This document shows, piece by piece, positions 13,992 through 26,000 of a DNA stretch of 64,000 bases. Source of the stretch: Antedon mediterranea. Its lineage: Eukaryota; Animalia; Echinodermata. A program made the position numbers and the translations under genes. The number at the start of each line of letters is the position of its first letter. The first letter of the stretch is position 1. The stretch covers positions 5,642,001 to 5,706,000 of the forward strand of contig NC_092674.1 of assembly GCF_964355755.1 (NCBI RefSeq), given 5' to 3'. The notes under the pieces were generated by a model. The model did no database searches. It worked only from the letters and a program-made list of their open reading frames with translations, and was not told the DNA's origin.

Positions 13992-14725
13992 GCGTTTGTT
14001 TGTTTGTTTGATAAAACCTCCATGGTTTTATAGAAAACCTTATCTTATGAATGAATTGCAACCTAACAGGCAACTTATGTTTATTGGTGGTTGTTGCTAT
14101 TGTCAGTTTATTTGGAATAAAAAAATATTTTTTTAAAGAAAATAAAAAAAATATTGTTAAAATTAATTATTATTTATTAATTGTGAAAAACTTTTTAGTT
14201 TATTATTCTTTTTTTACAGGCCTATGAAAACATGTATGTCTTTTTGTCATATAGAGGCCTTCCTTCCATACCATTGTTTTAAAATGAATTTCTACTTAGG
14301 AAACATTCAGTGTCTCATCATGGCCTTTTCTTTTAAGCTGAATACTAATTCTGTCTTCATAATTTGTTTTATCTGTGTGCATTCCAAGTTAATTCAATTT
14401 CTGTGAGGGTTAAAATTTAGTCCTAGTTTATCAAATTTATAAAGAGTGTGTGATAGAACGCTAACAGATTGTAAATTATGTGCTATTTACTGCCTTTAAT
14501 TTGCATTATGAATTTTTTTTAAATGTTTAATTCAGTGGACAAGAAATTTTGATTAGTTTAATATACATGTACTGCTATTATGTAAGTAAATTTCACCTTT
14601 GCCATATTATATAGTCACTATCATAATTATATCATGTTGGCATTCTATTTTGAAATTAATTTAGTTTGAAAGGTTATTCAGAATCTGTCAAAACAAGGCA
14701 AGATCTTAAAATTAGCTAGTGTGTG

Positions 14726-14875
14726 TAAAGCTCTGTCTACACTATCAAACTTGTTTGGCAAAAAAAGTGTGTGCCCAAATATGGTAGTGATATGCTTAAA
14801 AATGGTAGTGGTATGACATCATCATGTCCATATATTTTTTGTCACATAAAGTGTGATAGTGTACACAGAGATTTA
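14726..14875 (+). mobile_element. MITE family A, near full length (~150 bp, TA-flanked, ~24-bp TIR AAGCTCTGTCTACACTATCAAACT)
   Basis: Left end taaagctctgtctacactatcaaact, right end agtgtgatagtgtacacagagattta. It carries an internal 20-bp subrepeat aaatatggtagtgatatg. Five further related copies lie in the window. Confidence 0.85.
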
Positions 14876-15027
14876 GAATGAAAAAAAATGTTATATAGTC
14901 CACAAAAAATTGAATAATATATAACATTGGTTCATTTGCTGACTTTTGGGGCGTTTTTTTTTCGTTTTTTTTTATTTACTATTTAAATATAGTAATATTC
15001 TATAGCTTACTAGAATAGGAGGCGCAA

Positions 15028-15090
15028 AAGTCCTGAGAAAGTCGAGACTCAACTGATGCTAACTGTGATTAGTTAGAAATGAGGGCATAT
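15028..15090 (+). repeat. Unclassified dispersed repeat, copy 2 (see 6591-6670)
   Basis: aagtcctgagaaagtcgagactcaactgatgctaactgtgattagttagaaatgagggcatat aligns with 6591-6670. Confidence 0.55.
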
Positions 15091-16386
15091 CCAGATACTT
15101 CCACTTTCTTCCTTTTCCTTAATCTTCTTTTCCACTTGCTTTCAAACCAACTTTTGTTTTTTTGTTCTTTACAAATTAAAAATCATTTATAATCTAATAT
15201 ATATATAAGCAAAGAAACAAATAAGCAAAACTTCCAGTTACTATCAACAATTTAATAAAAATATTTAAAGTGTACTCGTTTCAAAATCATATTTCACTGA
15301 TTCAACCTAAATAATTGTAGTTGTAAATGACACGCTTAAATTAACGGACAATGTAACAAGGCCGAATCTTCTTTCCTTCATATCCTTTAATTAACGTCTT
15401 CAATGACGAGAGAGTCGAGGCAAAAACTTACAAATTATCAGCCATTGGCTAACAACAGCTTAAATTACAACATTAGTATCATTGGCTAAAGTGAATAATT
15501 CTGTTACTAAGTATCATTAAAAAATAAAGGCACAACAAAAGAGTATTTGGATGTGTTTTTCTCCAACTTCAATCTGGGCATCATTAAAGACAATGAGGTT
15601 ATATTGTTGGCCTACATTCTAATGTTCAAAATTTTAGACATGGCTGTAGTCGTAATTGTGGGGAATTCCCACGCCTCCCACTACATCTGTCAGCATCTCC
15701 CCAGCTCAGAATAAACAGGACATTGATTAGTTTACCTACAGTACAGGAAGTATCCTGCAATTGTCGTTGCAGAGTAATAATCACTTTTTTCATCGTTTTC
15801 GGCTTTGAGTAATTTCCCTTTATTGATGTTGTTTAGTGTTTAGCGTACATTTACTCTTCCCATCGGGCTCTGAAACTTATCGTTTCTCGAGTGGCGTCAT
15901 CCTGAACGCTACTGAACAATTTAGAATGACAAGTGTTGTGTTGGTTTGTTATTTAATGTTTTAATATACCATGTATATATTGACCATCATTGGCTATTTG
16001 TAGTAGTTTTAATTCAGCCTCTGGGATTTCTGTTATATAATTGGACATCAATGTTTATGGATTGCTCAATGTAACATGATATTTTTTATTGCAATCTCTC
16101 TCTCGTTGCCCGCCGTTTGATATATACCGAAAATATTTTTCTCTTCTTATTTCTTACCATGTTGTAGGCTGTGTTTGATGACGACGGCTCGGATATTGAC
16201 GTCGATTACGATGTACGATGTAATTTTTCAAATTATCAATAGTTTATAAGTTATTTGCAAAATAATACTACACTGTCAAAAAAGTTTGTTTATTAAAAAA
16301 TACCTCACTGAAATGTACTGGCAGTACAGAAGAATGGGCTAGTAAACATCCAGGCCCAGTCAATGGGTTAAAGACTGTTTTCCATG

Positions 16387-16459
16387 CAAGTTGGAGTTTC
16401 CATAATTCATGGTAAACTTCCATGGACCATTTGCCATGAATTATGGAAAGTCCAACTTG
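16387..16459. repeat. Foldback with 30-bp arms (2 mismatches) and a 13-nt loop
   Basis: Left arm CAAGTTGGAGTTTCCATAATTCATGGTAAA; reverse complement of the right arm CAAGTTGGACTTTCCATAATTCATGGCAAA. Confidence 0.85.
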
Positions 16460-18510
16460 GCGTAGTTGGTTTCATTTTATGTCTACCAGTATTGCTCACT
16501 GAACTAAATGCTAAACACAACAATCTTGGCCCCCCATTGTTATACTTCATTGGCAGTTAACACCAAAAGGAAAATCCCACAGGGCTTAGATGTGTTCTTA
16601 GCAGTAGATGAGCAAGCACTTTTCATATGACACGATATGACATTTAAATCCATAGTGACATTGTTTCTACATATTCAAGTCATTTTATTTATGAAATCTC
16701 AGGAGGAAAAGCAGTAAATACCAAAGGGGGGTTGAAATTCTCACATGAATTGGCAATATGATCAATTCTTTCTATTGCTCACACATTAGAAAAAGGTCAA
16801 TGATGCGTATGAGAAAGATATTTTACAAACATTGTTAAATCAACTTGTTGTCCAGTCGACACTTGTACCGCATTTTGCACTGCAATATGTATCATGCCGC
16901 TAAATGGCATGCATGCAATATATTACATGCAGAGCAGTGCCGGACCAAAAATATGTGCAACCGGGATTACTCAAAATGTAGTGTGGTTGGTGTGTGTATA
17001 CTTTATACATAGATCATATTTCGGCAACTCTTACCAAAACCAGCTATTTTTATATATTTTCTTTTGGTGCCAATGGCCCCCAATTCATTTTTATTATTCA
17101 AAGTCAAACTTTGCAGAAAACAGACTGTTTCAATCCAACCCAATGCTTTCTAGTTATTGGGAAAGTGTGATGTAATTATTATTTTACAATGTCCTTTCAT
17201 CATATGCATGATTGGCCAGTACCAACTAGGTCATATTCTTTTATGATCATAATCAGACAATTATTTTACCAACATCAAAAAAAGGACAAAAATGAATCGT
17301 GATTCATAATCATATTTTACCTATTAAAACTTGGCATACATTTTTAATTCACGTACGTATGATAGTTGACTAACCTTATCTATCACTAATTTCAGTTTTG
17401 GTTTTTGTGGTATTTTGTTCAAGATGTTTATAGTTTTGCATATTTTTATCATAAATTTCAGGTTACTCAAATGCCAAATCCAATTATTTTTACTTGTGTG
17501 GTAATTGCATTTAATGGAATAAAGAGTTAATTTTTAAATTAATAGTGACAGTTTTACTATTATTATCATAATTGTTTTTTTAGTTAATTAGGCAAAAATG
17601 TTTTACTAGTTAACGCATACCAAAACCTTAAAAGATTGGGATTTTTGTTTTTATAGGCGAAAATGTAGATCATGCCTGTGAAAGTGTATTAGAGAATTAA
17701 GAAAAACAACGTACATTATGTGATTGGTACAAAATGATCAAGAAGTTTCATATCAATGGTCATAAAATAATTTGAATCCAAATTGCCCAAATTTAATACG
17801 TCACTTGCTTTGTACCAAAGAAAAAATAACAATATAAGTAATTGGAAATATAATTCATTCTAAAACGAAACTAAATCTAATAAGAGTGAAAAATCAATAT
17901 AAAATAGATTAATCAATTGCTAGATTGAGTTTCAGAGCACGCTTCTGTAGGGTATGGTCAAATCCAAGTTCATGTTATTGTACATGCATATTTATGTTAG
18001 TATAGTGTTGATATCGACACCCACCCACAGTTGATAAGTTAGTCCAGCAGTGTGTGTCCTTCTTTCCACGTATTATTTTCCTAGCTTTTCATACTTGCTT
18101 TTCGTCTGCCTAAAAACATAGTGAAATATGTCTTTAAATTCAATGTTTTTACAGCTTTTTGTCCTTAAACAATAAAAACGATGTAGTTTTCCAGGGATGA
18201 CCAATGGCATTCATGGATCTCCTACCGTGTTTATCATGTCCAGCCGTGTCCAGTGTTATTTCTGATAATGGTCAAAATGACTGTGTTTCTTCAAGTTATT
18301 GTGAAGGTCATGCTAAACTAATAGTAAACTACTAGGATGTTTTTATTGATTCTTTTCTGAACTGTCTGTACCCTCCAGCAGTTTGTGACTTCTGCACTTT
18401 TCTAGGTGTTTTACTTTTTTTTCTAGAGTTGATCTTATTCCACAGACTTTTTACCACAATGAGCTTTTGACTAAATGAATAAACAATATTAATAAAGCTT
18501 AAAAAGATAA

Positions 18511-18697
18511 AAAGGTGAGTCTCGTATTCATTCTGAACGTAGGGGAATGAGCTGTTAGGAGCTCATTGTACTAAGCCTCGGCATTATGTGGTAGGGTGGC
18601 CAGTTCCTTTCCACGCCGCCTTTTTTCTCCCTAGTATTTTCAACCAGGTCTATCTGTATGACAGTCAAGTGTCCTAACCACTCGGCTATCCAACTCC
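18511..18697 (-). mobile_element. tRNA-derived SINE, family S2, internally deleted
   Basis: The minus strand starts ggatagccgagtggttaggacacttgactgtc (A-box-like). The body (cctggttgaaaatactaggga...aaaggaactggccaccctaccacataatgcc...tgagctcctaacagctcatt) matches 54345-54548. Confidence 0.75.
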
Positions 18698-19792
18698 TCC
18701 TAATGAAGCTTACATACATAAATTACAGATAGTTTTATTATATATTTCTTATATTTTCTTTTATAAATTTTGAAACTCATATTTCCCATGAACTGGATGA
18801 ATCTGTTCTGTATCTTATGTATCTGTGCTGTAACTATTAGCTACGTTATGAACTTTAAATACAGGTCAAATGAGTCAACACAATAGTAGATAAAATTTAT
18901 TAAAATATAATATCTATAATTGTATTCTCAGTTCAAAGAATAACATAAAAAAGAAGTTAATAGCCTCATAAAAACATTTATCCTTGAAAAATGTGAATTA
19001 AATAAATGAAGACAAACTGTCACTGATTCTTTGCTGACTGTGCAGATATTGTTCTTTCTGTTGTAGAAAAACGCAATAATTTCTTTTGTGAAAAGCAGTA
19101 AATGTTTCCTCCAGCTAAATTTTTGTTGACAAATAGACAATGATAGTGATTGTTGTTGAGTCTTCCAACAATTCACCCAATCTTTTATAAATGTACACAC
19201 ACTGGCCTGGAGGTTTTTTATGATTTGTTTTCAACTCAGTTAAAATTCTCCCAGGCTCGAATTGTCCAATTCAGTCCAATTACAAAAGCTATTATAAAAA
19301 AATATGTCGGGAAAGGAAGGCGAAATGTAGGAGGAGGCCATTGGTCAAATCTGACTCACATGTCTGTTAATGTTATAGGCAATTTGCATAGATTAATCAG
19401 TAGCAGATATACATTAACAGGATAGGTGTGATATTCAAAATTTTAGTATCAATTCAAAACCTCGTGGGAATCACAAACTCATTTACATGGGAAAATTATC
19501 ATTTTTATTAAATTAAATTAGCACAAGATGTAACTGACATATTGTTCTAGAAAATTTAATTTTTGTCAGAGCTTTGATTTGTAGTTTTTAATTAGAATGC
19601 AAATGTGTTTTATGTTCAGAAAGTTAGAGTAGAAAAATTAACATAAAAAAGAAAAATGTTCTGAAGAGTTATCTGTAGTATTCAGAATTTATTTGAAACA
19701 AAATTTATTCGGTTTTAAAGTCATTTCACGAGTGTCTGTATCCGTGACGTACAAACGACATTGACGATTTTCCCGTACGTATCAAATTTGAA

Positions 19793-20074
19793 TTTTAAAA
19801 GTTAGTCTAGATAAATTTTATATTTTTGGATAAAATGTATGATGTCTGCTGTAAAAATTGACCGGTACAAAAACCCCAAAAACATGATTTTCATCCACAT
19901 TTGGAAAGTTAGAAATCTATCACCAAAAAAGAAAACAACATTGCTAATTTTTTAAAGTTAGTCTAGATAAATTTTATATATTTGGATAAAATGTATGTCT
20001 GCTGTAAAAACTTGATACCACTATCTAAAAGAAAATGTTCATCCACATTTGGAAAGTTCAGAAATCCATAACCA
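19793..20074 (+). repeat. Tandem duplication of ~130 bp (19793-19925 and 19950-20074)
   Basis: aaagttagtctagataaattttatat.tttggataaaatgtatg...tctgctgtaaaaa and catccacatttggaaagtt(c)agaaatc are each repeated. Confidence 0.85.
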
Positions 20075-20718
20075 GAAGAAAAGTCCTAGTCTCAGTACCA
20101 ATACTTTACAATTTGCAACGTTAAACATTGTCTTAAAACATGACCAATATATAATATATTGTATTTTAGTAGAAAACATGTAGATAAAATGTAAAAATCA
20201 CGTAACTAGCCTTAGAAAAGCCAATCTGTTTTAGAAGCCCTGAGCTGAATCATGCATCCACACGCTCCACCATGATGAAAATCATCTTCAAGGGGTAACC
20301 TGTCATCATTCCAACCACACTTAGATAATGATCAGCCACGCAAAATATGAATACCGGCCAAGTAAAACTATTAAACTACATCGTAGTGCTTATGGCCAAC
20401 AGTCGCGTACACCTATTCAGTCGTAAAGTTACACATCTTGTCTTTCAATGCATGTTAATTTTGACCATTATTATTTTTTATTTTCATACTCTTCAGAGTG
20501 ACATTACTGCGTAACAGCCTTTATAGACTTGTCCTGGTTTTTGGGTGATTCATCTTGTTGGGAAAAATATAAGTCGAGGACATTAATGAATGCAGTTTTT
20601 TTCTAGATAAAGGTTACATTAAGTTTAAATAAATTTATTTCAAATAACAATGTATTTATTACAAATTAAAAACTTTTTTGAAAATGTGATTATAAAGTTC
20701 TTCCTTTCCTCTATTAGG

Positions 20719-20844
20719 TTTTACAAAAAAAGTGTGATGTGCTCAAATATTGTAGTGATAAGGCTAAATATGGTAGTAAAATGACATCATCAGGTTTATA
20801 TATGGGCACATCACATTTTTTTGTCGCATAAAGACAGAGCTTTA
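20719..20844 (+). mobile_element. MITE family A, degenerate copy
   Basis: acaaaaaaagtgtgatgtgctcaaatattgtagtgata...atgacatcatca...gggcacatcacatttttttgtcgcataaagacagagcttta. Confidence 0.8.
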
Positions 20845-22377
20845 TAATATAAATGTTTGATTAATATACAAGCCTGTAGCCAGAATTGTTTAGGGTGCAT
20901 GGTTCCACAAATAAGGCAAAAATCGTCATAAGCTTGGTAAATCACGCCTTTTTCTCATAACTTCTGCTGTTACAGTAGTTTCTCATTTGAAAAGTGCACT
21001 GCAGGAAAAGCTGGGTTTGGTCGCACCCTCAATATCACCCTGGCTAGATATAACAACTAGTTTACAGTGAGAGGCTCTTTAATGCTGCTCGGGGGCCCCT
21101 CAGCTCTAGCCCCTGAGTTTAACCAATGAACACTCATAGACATACAGTACAAGAAAAGCCTGATCACTGCCACATTTTCCTCTATATATTTATTGGCCAT
21201 ATCAAACATCTGGGATTGAAACATATCATAAATTATCTACTTCAACAATGATTAGTAATTAACATTTCAAGGAGCATGGCTGACTGCTTTGTCTGGGATC
21301 GCCACATAATTTTCTGCATCAGGTACTTTTTTTTATTGAACCAGTGACTTAGCCTACAAAACTTAGTGTAGTTCAGTAGCCAATGTCCTGTCATAATTCT
21401 TTTGCATATTTCGATTTTTCAAATAAGTTGTTTTGAAACATACAATGAAATTAATTGGTAAATATAATAGATGTTGAGTTGTCCAAAGCAAGGTTCATGT
21501 CTTCTGGTTTTGATGTCTGGCCACTTAGATACGCTGTTTCACTTGTACTCTAATTACCCAGGGAGAGTGCTAGATCCAGGGCACTTCCAACTGAACTGGG
21601 TTGTATTCCTTGGGATTAACCTCTGGAGAAGCTGATATCCCAATATCGTAATTCCATGGATCGTACAATGACTGTATTATAACCGATGTTGACAGTCTGT
21701 AGTTGTATTGTGTTACAAAATAATGTAAACTGAATGTTGTTCTGACAGTCATTCTCAAACGTTGAATTAACCAAATTGAACGTCTGATAACAATTGTATT
21801 AATGCACCACTCAATGACTTTAACGGTTTTCTGTGTAGCACTGTGTTTCTGAAATAGATTACACTGTTCCGTGAAATTAATAGGTAATGACATAGGTTGA
21901 TGGATATGTGAAATTAAAGACATATTAGTGTTGGGGTTTTTCTCATATTCTTTTCCTTTATAGTTTTTACATTTTGACATTTACCATATTAGTCATGCAT
22001 ACAGACCCGTTACCAATATATGAATGACACAGACGAAACTGTTTTCAAAATACTGTCAAATACTATTATTTTCTTTATTCAACTTGTTTTGCCACAATGT
22101 TGAAATGATAGTTTTTGAAATAAATATGTGCTTAATTTCCGCTTTATAAAAAGTGATTTTGCAATGATGATATCTTGAAGTTCCTCACTGTTAGATATCA
22201 ACATTTTCTTTGAAGCTTTCGTACTTTGTATTCCAATGAATTATATTTGTGTCTACGAACGTGGTAAATGTAGCGCCCTCAAAGTACTTAACCGATATTT
22301 GGAACATAGAACATATTGAACATGTTATAATATCATATAAGTGATGGTTCATTTCCCGTAGATAAGTAGTTCATTAA

Positions 22378-23004
22378 AGCCCCATTCCCTACGTTTTTTA
22401 GATCTAATTTAAGATCACAAACTATATTTAATGTAAAAATAATACTATATGGTCCTATTGCGATAACTTTTTTCGTCTTTAAACGGTTAAAAATGTGAAA
22501 AATAAGTCGATTCTAATAATTATAGCGGCCCGCTATAAATCCCAAAATGCATTGCGCGCGGATTGATATTTTTGTTTTTCACCTGTAATTCGCCCACTTT
22601 TCGATCGATCGTGAGGCCAAAACAAATGGAAGACTCCTAACTTTTCAGCGAAAATACCGGGTTTTCCCCAATTTGTATCAACGGAGTCTGGCAAAAATAG
22701 AAAGACAATTAATGCAGCAACTATACAATGTCAGGCTAGGTATATAGCTCGCGTACGATGTTCGTACGTTACCGATGTTTACCAGCTAGGCCTACAAAAC
22801 TAAGCCTAGCTAGGCTAGGCCTAAGACCGTCCACGAGAGGTCGATCGCCGCGAGCTACTTAGGTAGTGCATTGTTTCTCACTTTTTATCATAATTTACCA
22901 TAAAACGTACATTTAAGACAAGGAATGACATGGTTTAATGTTTTTAAAGTGATATATATGTATTATTTTCCAAAAAAACGTCCAAAATTGCAGGGAAGGG
23001 GTCT
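22378..23004. mobile_element. Non-autonomous DNA transposon (627 bp) with TTAA TSD, Kolobok-like
   Basis: TTAA (22374-22377)|AGCCCCATTCCCT...AGGGAAGGGGTCT|TTAA (23005-23008), TIR match 11/13. A TTAA TSD with AG...CT (RR...YY) termini is the Kolobok signature; piggyBac would begin CC. The interior is CpG-rich, unlike the flanks. Confidence 0.75.
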
Positions 23005-26000
23005 TTAAGAAAAGTAATGTTTATATCGGTATATTATCATTTTCATGGAAATGTTGGTTATTATAAGCATGTTAGTGAATCCAAATTAGGTTGTAAATCC
23101 TTCATCTATTTATTTTGTGCTTATTCATTTATTATTTCATTGGGTCATTTATTTATTTATTCATTCATCGCTCATTTTATACTAAAATTTTCATTCATTT
23201 TATATCTCGTAAATTGATTAACTGTACATGTTGATTTTAAATTTTAAAAATCTCTCAAATTAATTGCACCATGGGAACTCAATTCAAATAACATTTATGC
23301 TGTTAATTGCACAAAGATTTTGAACAGGATGTTACTTTCTTATTTGTCTCTCTCTACTTATCAGCTTGTTCGTACAGTTCATATATCAATTTTTCCATCA
23401 ATCTATTTATCGATCCATGTGTCTCAAATTTGGTATCACTTCTCATCATTTCTTTTATTACAAATAATTTTTCCGTGTTCATTCTAAAAAAATTGGTCTA
23501 TTTTTACAGAAGTATAATTATTAATGTAATAAAAGCCGTAAAATAATTATGAGTATGTTTGCGATAGAAGTATAAATGTCAGTGAGCATGATATTTGAAG
23601 CCTTTTAATGTAGGTTACTAGCTTTTAAGTGCCATATTGGAAAGTCTAGATGTACTCTTGTATTTTACCTTAATAATTGCAGTATATGTCATTGAACTTT
23701 TACCTAGTTTCCCAGGTCTTGCTTGGGTAGATTTTCTTGCAAACGGGAGGTTGCATTGGGGGATCTAGCTGAATATGCACTTTCAGCCTTTCATAGAACT
23801 TGTATTACGCATTTAAAGAGATCTGAAATTGTTGTAAACATTGATACATACTTGTGTTGGTTGAGGAGGCAGCAAAAGCTTTGACATGTCAGTTCTTTTC
23901 CAATTCTTGACCTGGTGGCTCTGATGCGTCGATTTCCTTATCCTATTGTTACTGCTGGCACTATGGTAATTGGAACCTATCCTAATGCTACTGCTAATCT
24001 GATTGGTTCTATAAGGAACAGAGATTGGAGGGAATTTATTTATGCCACTTATTATAATCAACGAATCTGGGGAATACTAAATAGTCTGTCAAAAATAGAT
24101 ATCAAAAAGTAGTTTAATTTCATTTTAGATACGGTATCAAAGGGAGAGTGTGCACCCCTAACGCTAACCCCCTTGGTCCACACCTTCTATTGCCAGTGCT
24201 GATTATTATGTGATTATTAGGTTTTTACATACAATTAACTCTCTTTACTATATTCTAAACATTCTAATTTTATTATGATACAAGCATTTTTCTTAATTAA
24301 TTTATGATGAGTCATAATTAATTTGTGTCTATTTTTGCATTGTTCTTTATCCCCGATATTAATTTCCCAAGCAAAACTCATTACCAAGCAAAGCAAATTT
24401 ATCTAGCAAAACTTTTGTTTGTCTGTATGTCACGTATCTTCTTGGATTTTAATATCACAATCTCACAGTCTCAATTTACAGATAATGGTAACCACAGTTA
24501 CTACATGTTTCAAACCAATTAGGGTATTTGTAGCAAACGAAATGAGTGAATATTTGGTGTAATTTAAGCATATTTTGAATCAAATTGCAGCGTTCATTTA
24601 AAGATGTCCATCAAGTATTTTGCTTGATTTAATCAGTTATTTTTCGTGCGGACATGTTGTCTAATATAATAAATTCCATAACATTCTTTGAAATGTAATA
24701 ATATAGAAATGCATTTACATTTTGTTTCATTCTGAAATACATAAAAAAAATGCCTCATGTTATATATATATTTATGTATATTTATTTGTATTGCGGATTT
24801 TAACAAGTTATTTAAAAGATGGTTTTTATCCACAAACACAGGACCTTCGTTTACAATCATTTTTGGACATGGTTATAGTCACTGTCAATACAGGTGCATA
24901 TTCAAATTAAGCTAGGATATGCATATGTATAAGGTTGGGCTCATTACCATACAGCACAGTTGAAAACAATATTGTACATTCTGTCAAAACCTAAATTTTA
25001 TAGAGAAAGCAATTGTAACAATGGTTAAATTTACCAAGTCCAATGTGAACAAGACTCAATACAACTTGCTAGTGTCTATCTATATATCTATGTCAGTGAG
25101 CTTAGTGGAAATTGGGAGCTGATGATTATGAGATGAGAGCAGATGGTTAGGAGAAGTGAGGCAGATGGCAACCAATACACCAGTAGCCATTAAAATCGAT
25201 AACAACCGAAGAAGAAGCCAAAGAAGAAGCTATTAATATACTATCTATTTTTTTATCTCAGTGCAGAACCAACAGAAAGATAATTGGCCAATTAACAAAC
25301 ATAATCTAACAATAGAAAACTTGACAGCGTCACAGTTTTGGTAACTGGTGTAAGAATTGAACCCGAGATTCTACATTTAAGGTAAGCATATGTTCAATAC
25401 ATTTGCATTTTACATACTTTTTTCATTTAGAATGACAAACCAAATAAAAAAATTATGTAGACAAATAATTAGTGGTATAATTTTAGATGCATCTCTTAGG
25501 AATAGAACATTTAAAAATCTTAGAATGGCGGTAAGCTGTCCAGTTTCCATCACATAATCTGATTCATCAAAGTTATTTTTATCATACAGTTTTAATATTT
25601 CTTATTATCAATCACAGACATCTTTAAATGATGTATGTAAATATTGATATAAAAAATGAATTCATGTTACCAAATTCTTTCCCTTAAGAATAATAATATA
25701 AATCTGGAATATTTTTTTTTAATACTTTATCGCACAGAAGCTTTCAGTTTTAAATTAACATGCCAATATTGATCATGTCAATTCTTCTGATTTTGAAGCA
25801 CAGTGACATAACACAAAATGAAAAGGACCATTTGCCAAACTGGGGTTTGCTAAAGGTTTTCTCAATTTTTCCTTCATATTTTACTTGACATACACTTAAT
25901 AAAGTAGTCTTCGCTCTGAAAATGTAAACATTTACAAATAAGAACCCTTTTTGGAGCTTTGTTCAGACACACTTTATAGTAACTGTCATGCTTAAGCTGA

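Noticed and set aside
21570-21980. 136-aa minus-strand ORF
   Set aside because: No recognisable domain, AT-rich composition like the flanks, and no convincing splice signals.
23885-24112. Protein-like plus-strand frame (…DLVALMRRFPYPIVTAGTMVIGTYPNATANLIGSIRNRDWREF…)
   Set aside because: It is short and unrecognised, with a weak acceptor and no supporting neighbouring exons. It needs a BLASTX search, which I cannot run.
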